NCBI RefSeq assembly: GCF_009914755.1
Contig: NC_060947.1
Strand: one strand, 5' to 3'
From: the human T2T-CHM13v2.0 reference genome, Homo sapiens
Length of the DNA stretch: 64,000 bases
A program made the position numbers and the translations under genes. The notes under the pieces were generated by a model. It searched no databases, was not told the DNA's origin, and saw only the letters and a list, made by a program, of their open reading frames with translations. Of this stretch, positions 13,720-27,510 are shown one piece after another. How positions within the stretch are numbered: the first letter of the stretch is position 1; each line of letters begins with the position of its first letter.

Positions 13720-15301
13720 CTGACAAAAGAAGAAATAGAAAATTGGAATAGCCCTGTACTATTTAAGAAATAAACACTGTAATTATAAATTTTCCCACTA
13801 GGAAAATTCCAAGGCCAAATCATATCACTGGCAGAAATACCAATCTTAAAGAAACTCTTCCAGAGACTAGAAGAGGCAATGCTTCCCTACTTGCCTTTAT
13901 GAAACCAGAATAATCCACATACCAAACCTTGACAAGAATGGCAGACCAATATAACTAATAAACACAGATGCAATAACTCTAAAGGAAATACTATCAAATG
14001 AATTCTAAATGAATGTTTAGCATCAAGTACTGGGCCAACTAGATATCCATATTATGAAAAATAAAACTCAATCTCTATCTCACATATTACACAAAAGGTC
14101 AATTCCAGGTGTACTATATATCTAAATGGAAAAGTTAAAAAATAGTAAGTTTCTAGAAGATAATAAAAGAGGATACATTCATTATCTTGTATTAGGAAAG
14201 ATTTCTTAAAGAGGACACAAAAGAATTAACCCTAAGGAAAAATTTACATATTGGACTATATTAAAGTTAAGAACTATCAATCAAAAAAACAATTTAATTA
14301 AAAGGAAAGCTATAAAATGGGAGAAGATATTTGCAACACATACAATTTACAAAGGGCTACAAACTAGAATATGTAAAAAAAACTCCTACAGATCAATAAG
14401 AAAAAGAAGGATGAATCAATAAAAAAAATAGGCAAGAGACTGAATAGATACTTCACACAACAGGATATCCAAAATGGTCAATAAATACACGTAAAAATAT
14501 TCAACCTCATAAGTAATCAGACAATTGCAAATTAAAATAACAATGAGATTCTACTCACACACTCACTGCAATGGCGAAAATTTTAAAGACTAACAAGTAT
14601 CAAGTATTGTTGAGATGTGGAGCTACTAGAACTTTCATATACTGCTAATGATGGTGTAAACTGGTACAACCACTTTGGAAAACCAGGAGTATCTACTAAA
14701 GCTCAGCATATGCCTACCCTCAACATAGGCAATTTTACTGCAAAGTATATACCAAACACAGTTGTACACACGTGTGTGCCAAAAAACGCATTAAAGAATG
14801 TTCATAGGAGGCCTTATTCATAATGTCTTCAAACTGGAAAGAATCAAAATGTTCCCCAACAATAGAATGGATAAATTATAGTATACATTTTAAATGGGAT
14901 ATCAAATTGCAATGAAAATGTATGACAGATTCATGCAACAACATGAGTTAATCTCATAAACACAATGTTGAGTCCTAGATACAAAAGGTTATATACTGTA
15001 CAATTCCATTTTTATAGAGTTCAAATAAACAGGCAAAACTCAACCATAGTGTTATAAGGCAGAGTAGCAGTTACCTTTAAGATGAGGGAGGAATAGTGAT
15101 TGGGAGAGGGAATGTGGGTGAGGTAGGGTGGTGATTTCTGAGGTAGTGGTTATATTCTATGTTTCTCCTCAAGCTTTTCATTTTGAAAATTTTAAACCAA
15201 TTGAAATGTTAAAAGAACACCCATAAACCATTCACTTAGACTCCCCAACTGTTAACATAATATTCGCTTTCTCTCTCTCTCTCTCACCACTCCCCCAACC
15301 C

Positions 15302-15334
<33 letters not shown>

Positions 15335-15338
15335 TCTG

Positions 15339-15388
<50 letters not shown>

Positions 15389-15525
15389 CTGGTTTAGGGC
15401 TACTGATAATGTTTTATTTACTGTCCTAGATGGCGAACATAGGTGTATTCATTTTGTGATAATTGCATTGAGCTGAACATGTTTCATCTGTATACTTTCT
15501 GAATGTGGGTCATTCTTCAAGCAAA
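13720..15525 (+). mobile_element. old L1M: decayed ORF2 fragments plus 3' UTR
   Basis: aagaaatagaaaattggaatagccct..., tgggagaagatatttgcaacac, gcaaattaaaataacaatgagat, ctggtacaaccactttggaaaa; interrupted at about 15170-15400. Confidence 0.8.
15303..15397. repeat. duplicated (GT)n-A(G/A)TCTGGTTTAG compound microsatellite
   Basis: Two (GT)n runs, each followed by the same spacer. Confidence 0.95.
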
Positions 15526-15996
15526 AAAAAGAGATTCAATCAACTTATTTTTTGAAAACGCCCTCGAAAACAATGCATTCAATACAACACATTACTGAAA
15601 TACTATGGGTAATGATTTTTTGTTGTTGCTGTTTAGACAGCGTTAGGGAAAAACTACACCATATTTTCTGATCTATTTATTGAACAAGGATACCTCAATG
15701 TAGCAGTGAGGCTTGGGTTAAAATTGTTATGTCACAGCCTCACCTGCTGGTTGTTTTCCGTAGCCATACTCTACACTTGCTTCTGTATTATATGGAGATA
15801 AGAAATCTCCCCATACTTGCTGCTTTTAAAATGTTTTTAAGACAAGGTTGTTCAGGGCACAGAATGAGACACAGAGCGGGGCTATGGGGGTTACTGCCAG
15901 TGCAGGGTAGATATTAAATTGTCCTATCAGTTAATCGACTAAGTAAAACACAGTTCTGACTCCCCCTGCCAAACAAATGGTTAAACGAGCAAGCTA

Positions 15997-16164
<168 letters not shown>

Positions 16165-16329
16165 GAAAGCACATAATATTTTCCAAAGCTTAGATAAAAA
16201 GTAGGATAGATGACCTGAGGATGAAAAAGAAACATAATTATAGAAGTTTTTCCTTTGTGTTGTTTACCAACAGAAATGAATTAACAATACGGCACAACAG
16301 AACAAACACACAGCTTAGACAAAAGCAAC

Positions 16330-16510
16330 TTAGTCCCAGATTCTAGTCCATAGCAAATGATCTAAGATAGATCCAGACATCTCAAAGCCTCAGTTTCCAA
16401 GTCTGTGGGAATAAGAATAATCATATATGATACTCAAACATTCCATGGGATATTGTAAGAATCAAGTGTGATAATAGAGGTGAAAGTGTTCGATAAAGTG
16501 CTATACAAAC
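16330..16510 (+). mobile_element. MIR
   Basis: Core gcctcagtttccaagtctgtgggaataagaataat...gtgataatagaggtgaaagtg. Confidence 0.7.
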
Positions 16511-16569
16511 ACATGGGGCTATCTATAAGTTATCTACCTGAATATATCCTCTACCCGAACATCCATGGC

Positions 16570-16735
16570 ATTAGAAAGACCATGGGATCAGGTATCAGAA
16601 GATCTGGTTTTCTAGACCAGTTTAGCCATGTTACTAAAATTACTTTCCCCTTTTGGACTTCCATTTTCCTATCTGTAAGATGAAGAGTTTGGGTTGGATT
16701 ATCTTTGACATTCTTTCTTCCTCTTACATTTCACA
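16570..16735 (+). mobile_element. MIR3-like
   Basis: ttttcctatctgtaagatgaagagtttgggttggattatct. Confidence 0.6.
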
Positions 16736-17133
16736 ATTTTATCTCCTCACATTTGAGTAAACGTACTTCTGCAGTCTAATTAGCTGACTGAATACTGATG
16801 ACCCGTTATAGAGGTGTGCTTTCAGAGATAAGTTAAAGGACAAGCTTGTAATCTTAGGGTAACAGTTTTGGGAGAAGGAGATCCATTCCCTTAAATGATA
16901 ATGGCAGAAATGACCACTAAAGGAAGGCAAGAAGTATCTGGTTTATGGCATTCTGAATCTATTTCCCCAAATGGAAATCAGATGTAAAATTCTTGTGCTC
17001 AGAGACGTAGTGTTGATTGAAGAGTGCAGATCCACGTGATTCTCTTAGTGTCATATTCATGTGTGTTTCAGTAGTGTAAACTCGGAATTGAATAGTTGCC
17101 TGTGTTTGTAAGAGACATTGTAGGTTTGCTTTT

Positions 17134-17433
17134 TTATTTTTATTTTTTCTTTTGAGATGGAGTCTCACTCTGTTGCCCAGGCTGTAGTGCAGTAGCGCGA
17201 TCTCGGCTCACTGCAAGCTCCAGCCCCGGGTTCACGCCATTCTCCTGCCTCAGCCTCCCGAGTATCTGGGACTACAGGCGTCCACCACCACACCTGGCTA
17301 ATTTTTTGTATTTTTAGTAGAGACTGGGTTTCACCGTGTTAGCCAGGATGATCTCGATCTCCCGACCTTGTGATCCGCCCACCTCGGCCTCACAAAGTGC
17401 TGGGATTACAGGTGTGAGCCACCGCGCCCGGCC
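17134..17433 (-). mobile_element. AluY
   Basis: Diagnostic gcaagctcc, cacgccattc, ccgtgttagccaggatg; perfect TSD GTAGGTTTGCTTTT 17120-17133 / 17434-17447. Confidence 0.96.
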
Positions 17434-17511
17434 GTAGGTTTGCTTTTAATATACTTTCAGAATGTGTGTGTTAGCATTTTTTTTTCATATAACAGCTTTA
17501 TTGACATTTAG

Positions 17512-17852
<341 letters not shown>

Positions 17853-20526
17853 TTGACTTAGTACTTTGTATTGGTGATATATGGAATTGATTTCAACATT
17901 TTTTGCCATTCTAGGGTGAAAGTGCTACAATAAATTAAAACCTTATACCAGCCAAAGAAGAGGCAGCTCTCAATTGTGAATGTTGAGAATATACTTACAA
18001 GAAAAATTTAACTTTGGTGATGTAATAGCTTCATTTGCATTACCTAAAGCTTGAAGTCAAAAGCTAAAGTATTAAGCGTACAGAAGCATGGACTCTATGA
18101 AAGAAACAATCCAAAAAGTGACTTTTTTTTTTTTTTTTTACAATGGGAGACATTAAGAACTTTGGTAACTAACTCTTCAATATGTCCCTGATGACAGACC
18201 AAGGATTTATGACCAGAAGAAGCTATTAAGAAAATCTTCCTGAGGTGTTAAACATTGAACATGGATTATTCATGAAAAGATAGGAAATCTCTTTTCTGAA
18301 TCAGAAGAGAGTAGATTCTTGTTGATCTGGAGTGGTTTCCATTTACTTCTGCCATGGGAATAAACTGAATGATTGCTCTATAATTGAATAGTCTTTTAAA
18401 CCATACTCTATAAATTCTATAACTATCTTATAAGTATGGTATCTAAAAATAAGACTGATAGCTTGAGGACTCATAGTTGTGAAAAACTATTGAAAGTATC
18501 ATTGAAAAGGCTCAACGTTTTCTATTTTCAAAAAGCTAATGGTAAGCTATTTTTTAATCCAATGGATGATGGTTTCAGTAAAGGCAATTTTGTCACAAAG
18601 ATTTTTATGGGAATCTGCAGTATGTAGAAAGATTCTCCTGAGGAAACGTGCTTACTGCTCCCTTTACAGTAGGTCAAGAGTCTCTGATTTCTAGCACAGA
18701 ACTATTTTCTAGGCATCTTTTAAAACCCTACCTAAAGGCAGATGAGTGGGCCCTAATGTTACAAAGAACTACTCTGAGCTAAGTGAAAGAATTACAGTTG
18801 GACAAGTGGGAACAAATAACATGGTTCATAGCTGCAATTACTGCTCACATGAATTTTACTTATAATATTCCTGATGCCAAGTCATAAATGCTCTCAACAT
18901 CTCATCTGACTGGTAGAACTTTCTTACTGGCATGAGATTCCTAGGATTTTTGTTATCCTTTAGCTTTTATATTCTACACCATGGATTGGTACCACTCTAA
19001 ATTGGATCAAATTTTGGAACAATAGACATCAAGTAAGATGTTTCTAAACAATTAGCTATTCTTAGTCATTTGAATTTCTATGTCATAACACATGCTTTGG
19101 CATTTATAGAGTAACCTACTCTTAAGAAAAAATAATCTCTTCTAAAGCCCGTATTTAATTTTACAATTGTGTATACACAATTGTGTATGTATATAGTAAG
19201 CATGGTCACTGACAAATGCTAATGTCTCAGCCAGGGAAATTGATTGACAGGAAACTGGAGAAGAGCCCCTGAAAACTCAAGTCTGTAATTATATACTACA
19301 TCTGTGAGTGGACTACCTGTATCAGTTTATACACCATCTTCCAAATCCCAAAGTTTAGTGGTAAACTAAACCTTGTCTGATGCCCTGTATGGTCTAAAAA
19401 AGAGGAGAGGGGTTGAAAAGAGCAAGAGGTAGAGTAGAGATGCAATCTGAAGACCGCTATTCCCAGAGTGATAGAGCAAGTGACTAGTAGTGAATGTGAG
19501 GGACCTCCTGTTTGTGTGGTTTGTCTGTCATATAAATCTTGAAACTTATATAGATTTTTATAAGGGAAAACATCAGCATATCGAGAAGAAAGATATAATG
19601 TTTAAGGGGATCATTGCCACTGGACTTTATTTAGATTTTGGCTTGCACATTCTATCAGAATGAAAAGCCAACATTGAAATCTTTTCATCATATAAGAGAA
19701 AAAGGAAGATAGTAGGTGCTGGTATCACAAGGCTAGAAGCGGTTTTCATAGTAGTCAGCCATTAATCTTTCCCTTATGAGTTTGAGTTATCCTAACATTG
19801 TGCATATTATAAATACAGACACCTGCTTGGCTTGTACTGCCTCTCAACAAAGTGATGGCAGACAGAAAACCTAAAAAAGTTCTTTTCTGGACTAGCTGTG
19901 GATTAGGCCTAGATTGGATCGCCATTAGAAAAGTGGGGAATGCATATGCATGTGTGCATACATACAAGTTCTATGGGCCTACAGTCCTGGAGTGCACACT
20001 GAGACATGTGGCTTCTGGGGGTTGCTGCCTTTCAATACCACAGAATCACTGGGTTACAGCCCATTGGCTGAGTAGTTCAAGTTATCTATAGACTCATTTA
20101 TTATGTGACAGAGCTGATGGTAGCATAGATGCATCCCTGATTGAAAGCCAGATAGATCCTTTGCTTCATTTTGCTTTGTTAGTGTGGGCTAGCACAGGCT
20201 TGCCTTTAGGTACCTGAGTGGAATGTACAACTTCTAGTCCTTACATGTAATGGAGAAGACTGCTATGATTCATCTTGAAAAGTAAAATGTACACACATAC
20301 CTGTCTATATCCAAGCTTGGGGGTAACACTTCTGGGTTTGAGCTATGACATTTTTGTATAATAAATGAAAATTAAACTTCATTTGAATTTCATAATTACC
20401 TACTACTGGTGTGATTTAGAAGCAGCTGGTAGGTCAATATGGTGCTCTTTTATGCATTTTAGTACTGAGAAAAACATAAGTGCTAGATATGCCACTTTTA
20501 AAGTTTCCCAGAATATTAGAATTCAA

Positions 20527-20585
20527 ACACACACACACACACACATACACACACACACACACACACATACACACACACACATACA
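20527..20585. repeat. interrupted (CA)n microsatellite
   Basis: Direct reading. Confidence 0.96.
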
Positions 20586-21631
20586 GAGTAATAGTGGTAA
20601 TACCACTGCCAGAGACTCAGTTAAGATAATATTGTTCTCTATTTGACTCCTCTTTAATTCCGTCTAAACATGAATGAGAATAATCATTGACCTATATCTA
20701 CAACATGACTAAATGAGTTCACCAGAGGATCTAACAGCATAAATCTATTTTCCATGAATTAAATTAAAAACTCATGAATACACATAATACTTTTAGATTG
20801 AACCAAATATTTTCATGAATACAGACTCTCTTCATCCACGTAGGAAACCCTATTGGTGAGCAGCAGGTTGGCAATGAGTAAATGCTGCTCAGCAGGTCAG
20901 ACGTGTACAGCTGGAGAAAGATCATGAAATTTAGCTAGTATACTAGGCAAAACACAAATCTGGAAAGGAGATGATCCACATTGCAATTTTTAAAAAAAAT
21001 TCTATGTAGACTTAGAGGTCTAGTACAGTACACATACACACAAGGAACATAAATATCTTCTGAGAGAGTTTCTGTAGGCTTTACCTTTGAAGTTTTTTTC
21101 TTTTTCTTTTTTTGGGAAACAAAACACAACAAAACACCTCCTGTTGCCCTGAATGCTAATGATGGAAGACTGTTGCTATGGTGATGCTAATTTCAACACC
21201 GTTGCCTGTGGACTTCACATGAACTCGCTGTTTTAACTTCTGCAAATGTCATTTACAAAATGAAAACCCATTAATGATTAGCGAGGGCACAATGTTCCAC
21301 TTTAATTAGAATAATAAGGAATGCTGATGCACAAAATACAGGTTTGTGAATCACTACTGAGCCTACACTGTCAAAATTAATTACTACGGATGAGGATTTG
21401 GTACTTTTCTTTTTTTAAAGAAAGCTTTAGAGTAGAACAGTTGTATTTTGACTTAAAAGGAATTGAAAACTCTCTCTTTTAAATTTGAAGGTAAAAAAAA
21501 AGCACATCTCCCTAACAGTACACATAAAAACTAACTGCAAAGAGCAAAACAAAAGTTGGAACCTAGGGTCAGATATTTCTGAGTAAGAACTGAAGAAAAG
21601 TCAACTAATTGTTCGTTTAGAAAATAGGGTA

Positions 21632-22072
<441 letters not shown>

Positions 22073-22959
22073 TTAAACAACTGGGAATATACAAGAGGAA
22101 ACAAAAATAATTCTATTCTCTCCAATGGTAAAAGATTGAGTTACCTTAAAATAAAGATTTTTTTTTCACCTGCACAAATTTTAAAGCAACATCTGAAGAT
22201 GAGTTGGAAAGAGTATGTTCCATATTTAAATTTGTTTCCACATGGTTTGCTGCAAAGACTGCGTCGGTTGATTTTATTTTCGATGCTCTACATTTCCATT
22301 CTGGGTCACCCCCTATTCAGTGAAATCATTTTATGTCATTGGTGCAGCCAACAAAAAACCGATGGTGTATTTGCTGGATATGGAAGGTGCAACACGCATT
22401 TTTCATGTTACAAAAATCTTCCTACAGAAGTTCCAAACCTGTTGGATTTGGCAAGATATGATGAAGGGAGATGATACCAATACTTTATATAGTTTCTAGA
22501 GTAATCCTTGAAAGACTTGTATTCTGGGTCTTCAGTCAAGTAATATTATAGGGTCTGTAGAACTATCAAATTACCTGTGTTATTGAGGTGAAAGGTGAAT
22601 TTGTGGTGGCCTTATTTGTCTACCTGATATTAAGCCAAGGGTACTGCACTTGGGAAGACAGCTGACATCTGCCGTCAAAAATGTAAAGTAGGAAGTTAGA
22701 GTATCTTCGTATTTAGGTTTAAACTTGCATTGCTCAAGAAAAGGTAGGATACAAAGTTATATAAACAATATCTTTTGTATTTTATCAGCAGATTTTAAAA
22801 AACTGGAAGAAGACATTACCAACATGTTCATTGCAGTTGTCTAGGTGGTGATGGGCACTTAAATATTTTTAATCTTTTTCTATGTTTTCCACAGTGAACA
22901 TTTATTATTTTTGTTATGACACGGAAAACTTACAAATATTAATTTCTAAAATGTATTGC

Positions 22960-24805
22960 TCAGACTTCCAGTTTCAACTTGGAGATGGAGATGGAGAGCT
23001 GCAAAGAGGTTGCTCCCATACTTGTAGCAAGAAAACTGCTGGACAGATAAATTAATGACTTTTCATCAGTCCATCAGAGAAATGACATTATAGAACAACC
23101 TGAAATCTGGAGAGAGATTGGCCTTTAGCCAGAAGCAGTGCCTGAGCATTTGGATCCCTGGAGCAGATGCCATATAAACTAGTAGGGAGATTAAATTGTT
23201 GGGGGACATGTGGGAGCTAGCCTGAGAGTGTGAAGATCCTGGGGGCTACTGCCATAGGTGGAGTCCCAACCTTTTGCAAGCTTCTTCCTTCAGGAACTGT
23301 ACCTTGCCTTCACAAGGAGGATGCGAAGAATCTGGAGAAAGCCTCCCCAACACCCTCTGTGTTGCTGATTGGGGAAGGGTCACAGTAGCTAGTCACCATG
23401 AATCTGCTTATACCCTTCTCTTCAGAGGAAAAGACATCACATTGCTATAAAGAACTACCCGTGACTGGGTAGTTTATAAAGCAAAGAGGTTTAATTGACT
23501 CACAGTTCTGCAGGCTGTATAGGAGGCATGGCTGGGGAGCCCTCAGGAAGCTTAAAATCATGGCAGAAGGCAAAGGGGAAGCAAGCACATCTTCACACAG
23601 CAGCAGGATAGACACAGTGAAGGGGAAAGTCCTACATACTCTCAAATAACTAGATCTCTTGAGAACTCACTCACTATCACAAGTACAGCAACGGAGAAAT
23701 CTGCCCCCATGATTCATTCACCTCCCATCAGGCCCCTCCTCCAACATGTGGGGATTACAATTTGACATGACATTTGGGTGGAGACACAGAACCAAACCAT
23801 ATCAGGCACTGAGGAAATACCACTGCATTTTAGGGGAAGGGAACACCAGATCTCATCTATGTGTGGTTTTGTTTTGTTCTTTTTTTGTTTGTTTTTTTTT
23901 TGTTTGTTTGTTGTTGTTGTTGTTTTTCAGCCTTATGCAGGAGAAAGGGCCTTGGGGCCATAGACTGAGAACACTGGTGGATATCCACTGCAGCTCCAGG
24001 AAGGGAATGGGAGGTTGAAGTTACTCTACCTCTGGAGGAAGGGAAAGAAATAATTGTAAAGACCACATCCCCAAGACCCAGGCCAACTGTGTATTAATTC
24101 AAACATTAGAGAATGCCTCTGCCCGACACTCAACCACTACACTAACAAGCTTCCAATGAGGAAACAAAGTTACCAGAGGAATTTGAAGTCTCTGGTGGCC
24201 ACAGCAGCAACAAAACTCAACAATGACAACCAAAGCAACTACCAACATCAAACACAGCCCAATTCCCAGTCAGATTAAGATAAATTACCATGTCAAAGGT
24301 TTATTTACCTCAGTATCTATTACGCTATCTAAGATGCCTGACTTTTACCCCTGAGATACAAAGCATGCCTAAGCAAGAAAAATCACAGTCTAAGGAGACA
24401 AAGCAAGAATCAGAACCAGACTTAGATATGTAACAGTTGTTGGAACTATCAGACAGGAAATTTAAAATAACCATAATTAATATTTTAAAGACTCTTGAGG
24501 GAAAAGAAAGACAATATGCAAGATTAGATAGAAAATATGTAAGATTAGAAGACAATATGCAAGATTAGATTTGATTCACTCTTATAGTTTCCAGCTCTAT
24601 ATTTCAGTATATTTCAGTATAGAGCTGGAAACTATAAGTGAATCAAATGGAAATGCTAGAAATTAAAAGCAGTAACAGAAAAGAAAAATACCTTAGATGG
24701 GCTCATCTGTAGATTCAACAAAGACAAGGAAAGAACCAGTGAACTTGAATATAGGGTAACAGAAATTATACAAACTGAAAAGCAGGGGGAAAAGTAAAAA
24801 AAAAA
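22960..24805 (+). mobile_element. old L1M 5' region and ORF1 remnant (interrupted by MaLR LTR)
   Basis: caagaatcagaaccagacttagatatgtaacagttgttggaactatcagacaggaaatttaaaataac...aatcaaatggaaatgctagaa...gatgggctcatc. Confidence 0.72.
23438..23803 (-). mobile_element. MSTA/THE1D-like MaLR solo LTR
   Basis: aagaggtttaattgactcacagttctgcaggctg...atcatggcagaaggcaaagggg...tttgggtggagacacagaaccaaaccatatca. Confidence 0.9.
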
Positions 24806-25399
24806 ATGCAATTGCAATACAAACACAGTAGGTTTTCAGTATTAAGTAGGGCTCTAGGAAACAGCTATTTTTCAGATTAAGTAACAGTTTGGTGCAATTA
24901 TGCTGATCAAGTATAAAGAACTATAAATTAAAGACTTCACTCAAAGAAGACCTCTGACAAGCAACCAAGTTGCTACAAAGTATTTAAAAAGCTAGTGACC
25001 AACCAGTTGTTTACAGTGATATATTTTGCAATATTTGTTTTAGATTAAGAGTTCTAGGAAATACAAAAAGATCCACAGTACAAAAAAACAAATGTGTTCC
25101 TTCTAATGCTCAGAATTAACATTTTATCTTTGCTCAAAGCTTCTTTTGAAATAAAATACACCATTCAAGATGAAATTCCGATCCTCTCTGATGCCCCCTC
25201 TCCCATACTACAACTAGTATCATAACTTTGGTGTTTATCTTTCCAGGCTTTTCATTTTAATTTAATTTTTAAAAATTAGTCTTTTTTATTTTTAGTATTG
25301 CACCTGTACTTCAAAAAGCAAAACACTTTAAAAAGTGACCTTCCAGAATTTAGCATCAGAATCTCATTCACACTCATGGTTTCAGTTACTAGCTATATA

Positions 25400-26138
25400 C
25401 AAGTAATATGTAAATTAGTGACTCCAACCCAGATGCGCCTCCTTCTTTCTTTAGGTGCACACTATCTGTCTATTTACAGTGCTTTTTGGATGTCACCAAT
25501 CATTTGAAATCCAAACATTTACAATCAAATTGCCACCCTAAATCTGATCTTTCTTTAGAGTTCCCTAACTCACTGTAAAGAATTACCAACTGTGCATTGC
25601 CCAGAAATCTAGGTGTGATTCCTTGACATGTTTTGCTTTCTCTTTGCGCCCTTCCTCCTATGATATCTATCCTCAAATCTTAAGGATTTTTACCTCCTAA
25701 AAATCTCTCAAATCTATGCCTTTCTCACCATATCCAAACTATCATCATCTTGGTCCAAATCCCATCTTCTCTCACCTGGCTTTCATCAGTAACCTTCAAA
25801 CGTTTGTATTCATAGGCTCCTCATCCAATTCATTTGCATCAGCCAGAGGACTTTTTGAGTTTTCTCCTCACCTCCTCCAGCCCTAGTCATGCTGTCCTTT
25901 TAATCCCTTGTATTGACAAGTTCCCTCCTGCTAAATTGCCTTGACACATGACTCTCTCTCTCTTTTTGTGTTAATATGTATTCATTCTTAGTGTCATTTC
26001 CATTATCTATTCCCTGGCTATACTTTGGAGGTATCATGCATGTTGCTCACCAAATGTACCCTTTACATCTAGCAATGTATCTGGTGCACATATTCTGATA
26101 AATAAACATCTATTGACAAATGAATCAATGAATGAATC
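25400..26138 (+). mobile_element. L2 3' portion
   Basis: agaaatctaggtgtgattccttgac, tttacctcctaaaaatctctcaaatct, terminal aaatgaatcaatgaatgaat. Confidence 0.75.
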
Positions 26139-27239
26139 AGTCAAGAGTATATCTTTAGATAAATGTTTTTCTTAGGTAAGGAGAATCAAACCATTTAAGT
26201 GCATTAGAATTAAAAAGCATTTTAGCATTTGTGAGAAATTCTGAAAGCAGTAACAAGTAGCAGTTTCTACTTTTACAAATATAACTGAGGTTAAACAAAA
26301 TATACCCAGTAAAAAATAACTTCTTACTAACTTGGCTAATTATGGGTGAAATTGGTCATTTATGCTGTGACAATGATCAGAGACACCCTTGGAAACTATG
26401 CTTCTTTAAGGAATAATGATGCCATTTTATAGTTTTATGCTTTCATTTTAGCATTTGAGAACAGTTCACAAACACACTAATTAATCTCTGCAATGATATT
26501 GTACTCCTATATTACAGGCCAATTCAAGAAAGTAAATCACACAGATTTCAAAAGCATAGGAAAAATTTTTAGATGCCTAAGAATATACTCTTTACCTCCT
26601 GTACCTTGTTATATATGTCTTTATAGTCTTAGATAGATCTTTAATAAAGAATTGAAACAGAAACAGAGATCCTTATTTTAGCTCCTTTATGTAAATCATA
26701 TGCATATTTATGACTTAGTTCCTTTATTTTGTGAGCATTTTATATATATATATATATAATATAAAATATAAAATTTACAATAGCTGGTACAATAGCCCCC
26801 AATAAATATAGTTTGCTTAATTAATGTAATGAATTCATTAATACATTTGCCTTTTGCAAAACAGAAACTAGCTCGATATTGTGAAGTCCCAGGGTTTCCT
26901 CCCTCATCCCAATATGATGGCATCCCACCCCATGACTCTAAGAAGGATGTATATATTGATGATTACAAAAGTTAAAGCTCTTGTCCTGACGTCTTCCCCT
27001 AGCTTCAGATCCAAATTTTGAACTGCACAGCTAGATACCCAATAAGTACCTCAAACTTAAACATGTCTAAACCCAGGCAGCTCTAGGGTTTCTACACGGA
27101 AGAGTAGCTATCTAGTTGACAAGCAATTTTTTTTTGTTTAGATTAAATGTTTTCCTGTTGTTGCTGGAAGCAAAGTATGGCTAATGGGCAGGTATTATTG
27201 GAGCACAGAAGCTCTTCAAGCCACCCTTTAAGACATCTC

Positions 27240-27510
27240 TTTAAAAAATTATTTATTTCATTTATTTGTAATTGACAAATAATAGTTTGTATATTTATGG
27301 GATACGATGTGATGTTTTGATCTTGGTATATATTGTAGAAAGAGTTGATCAAGCTAATTAACATATCCATTACCTCACCAACATATCATTTATTTTTTGC
27401 GGTGAGAACATTAAAAATCTATTCTTTTAGCAATTTTGAAATATATGAGACATTATTATTAGCCATGGTTACCATGTACTGCAATGGAACACTAAAACTT
27501 GATTTTCCCT
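27240..27510 (-). mobile_element. L1MA-like 3' end, inserted among L2 fragments (about 26950-27070 and 27550-27860)
   Basis: taattgacaaataatagtttgtatatttatgggatac...aagctaattaacatatccattacctca. Confidence 0.82.
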
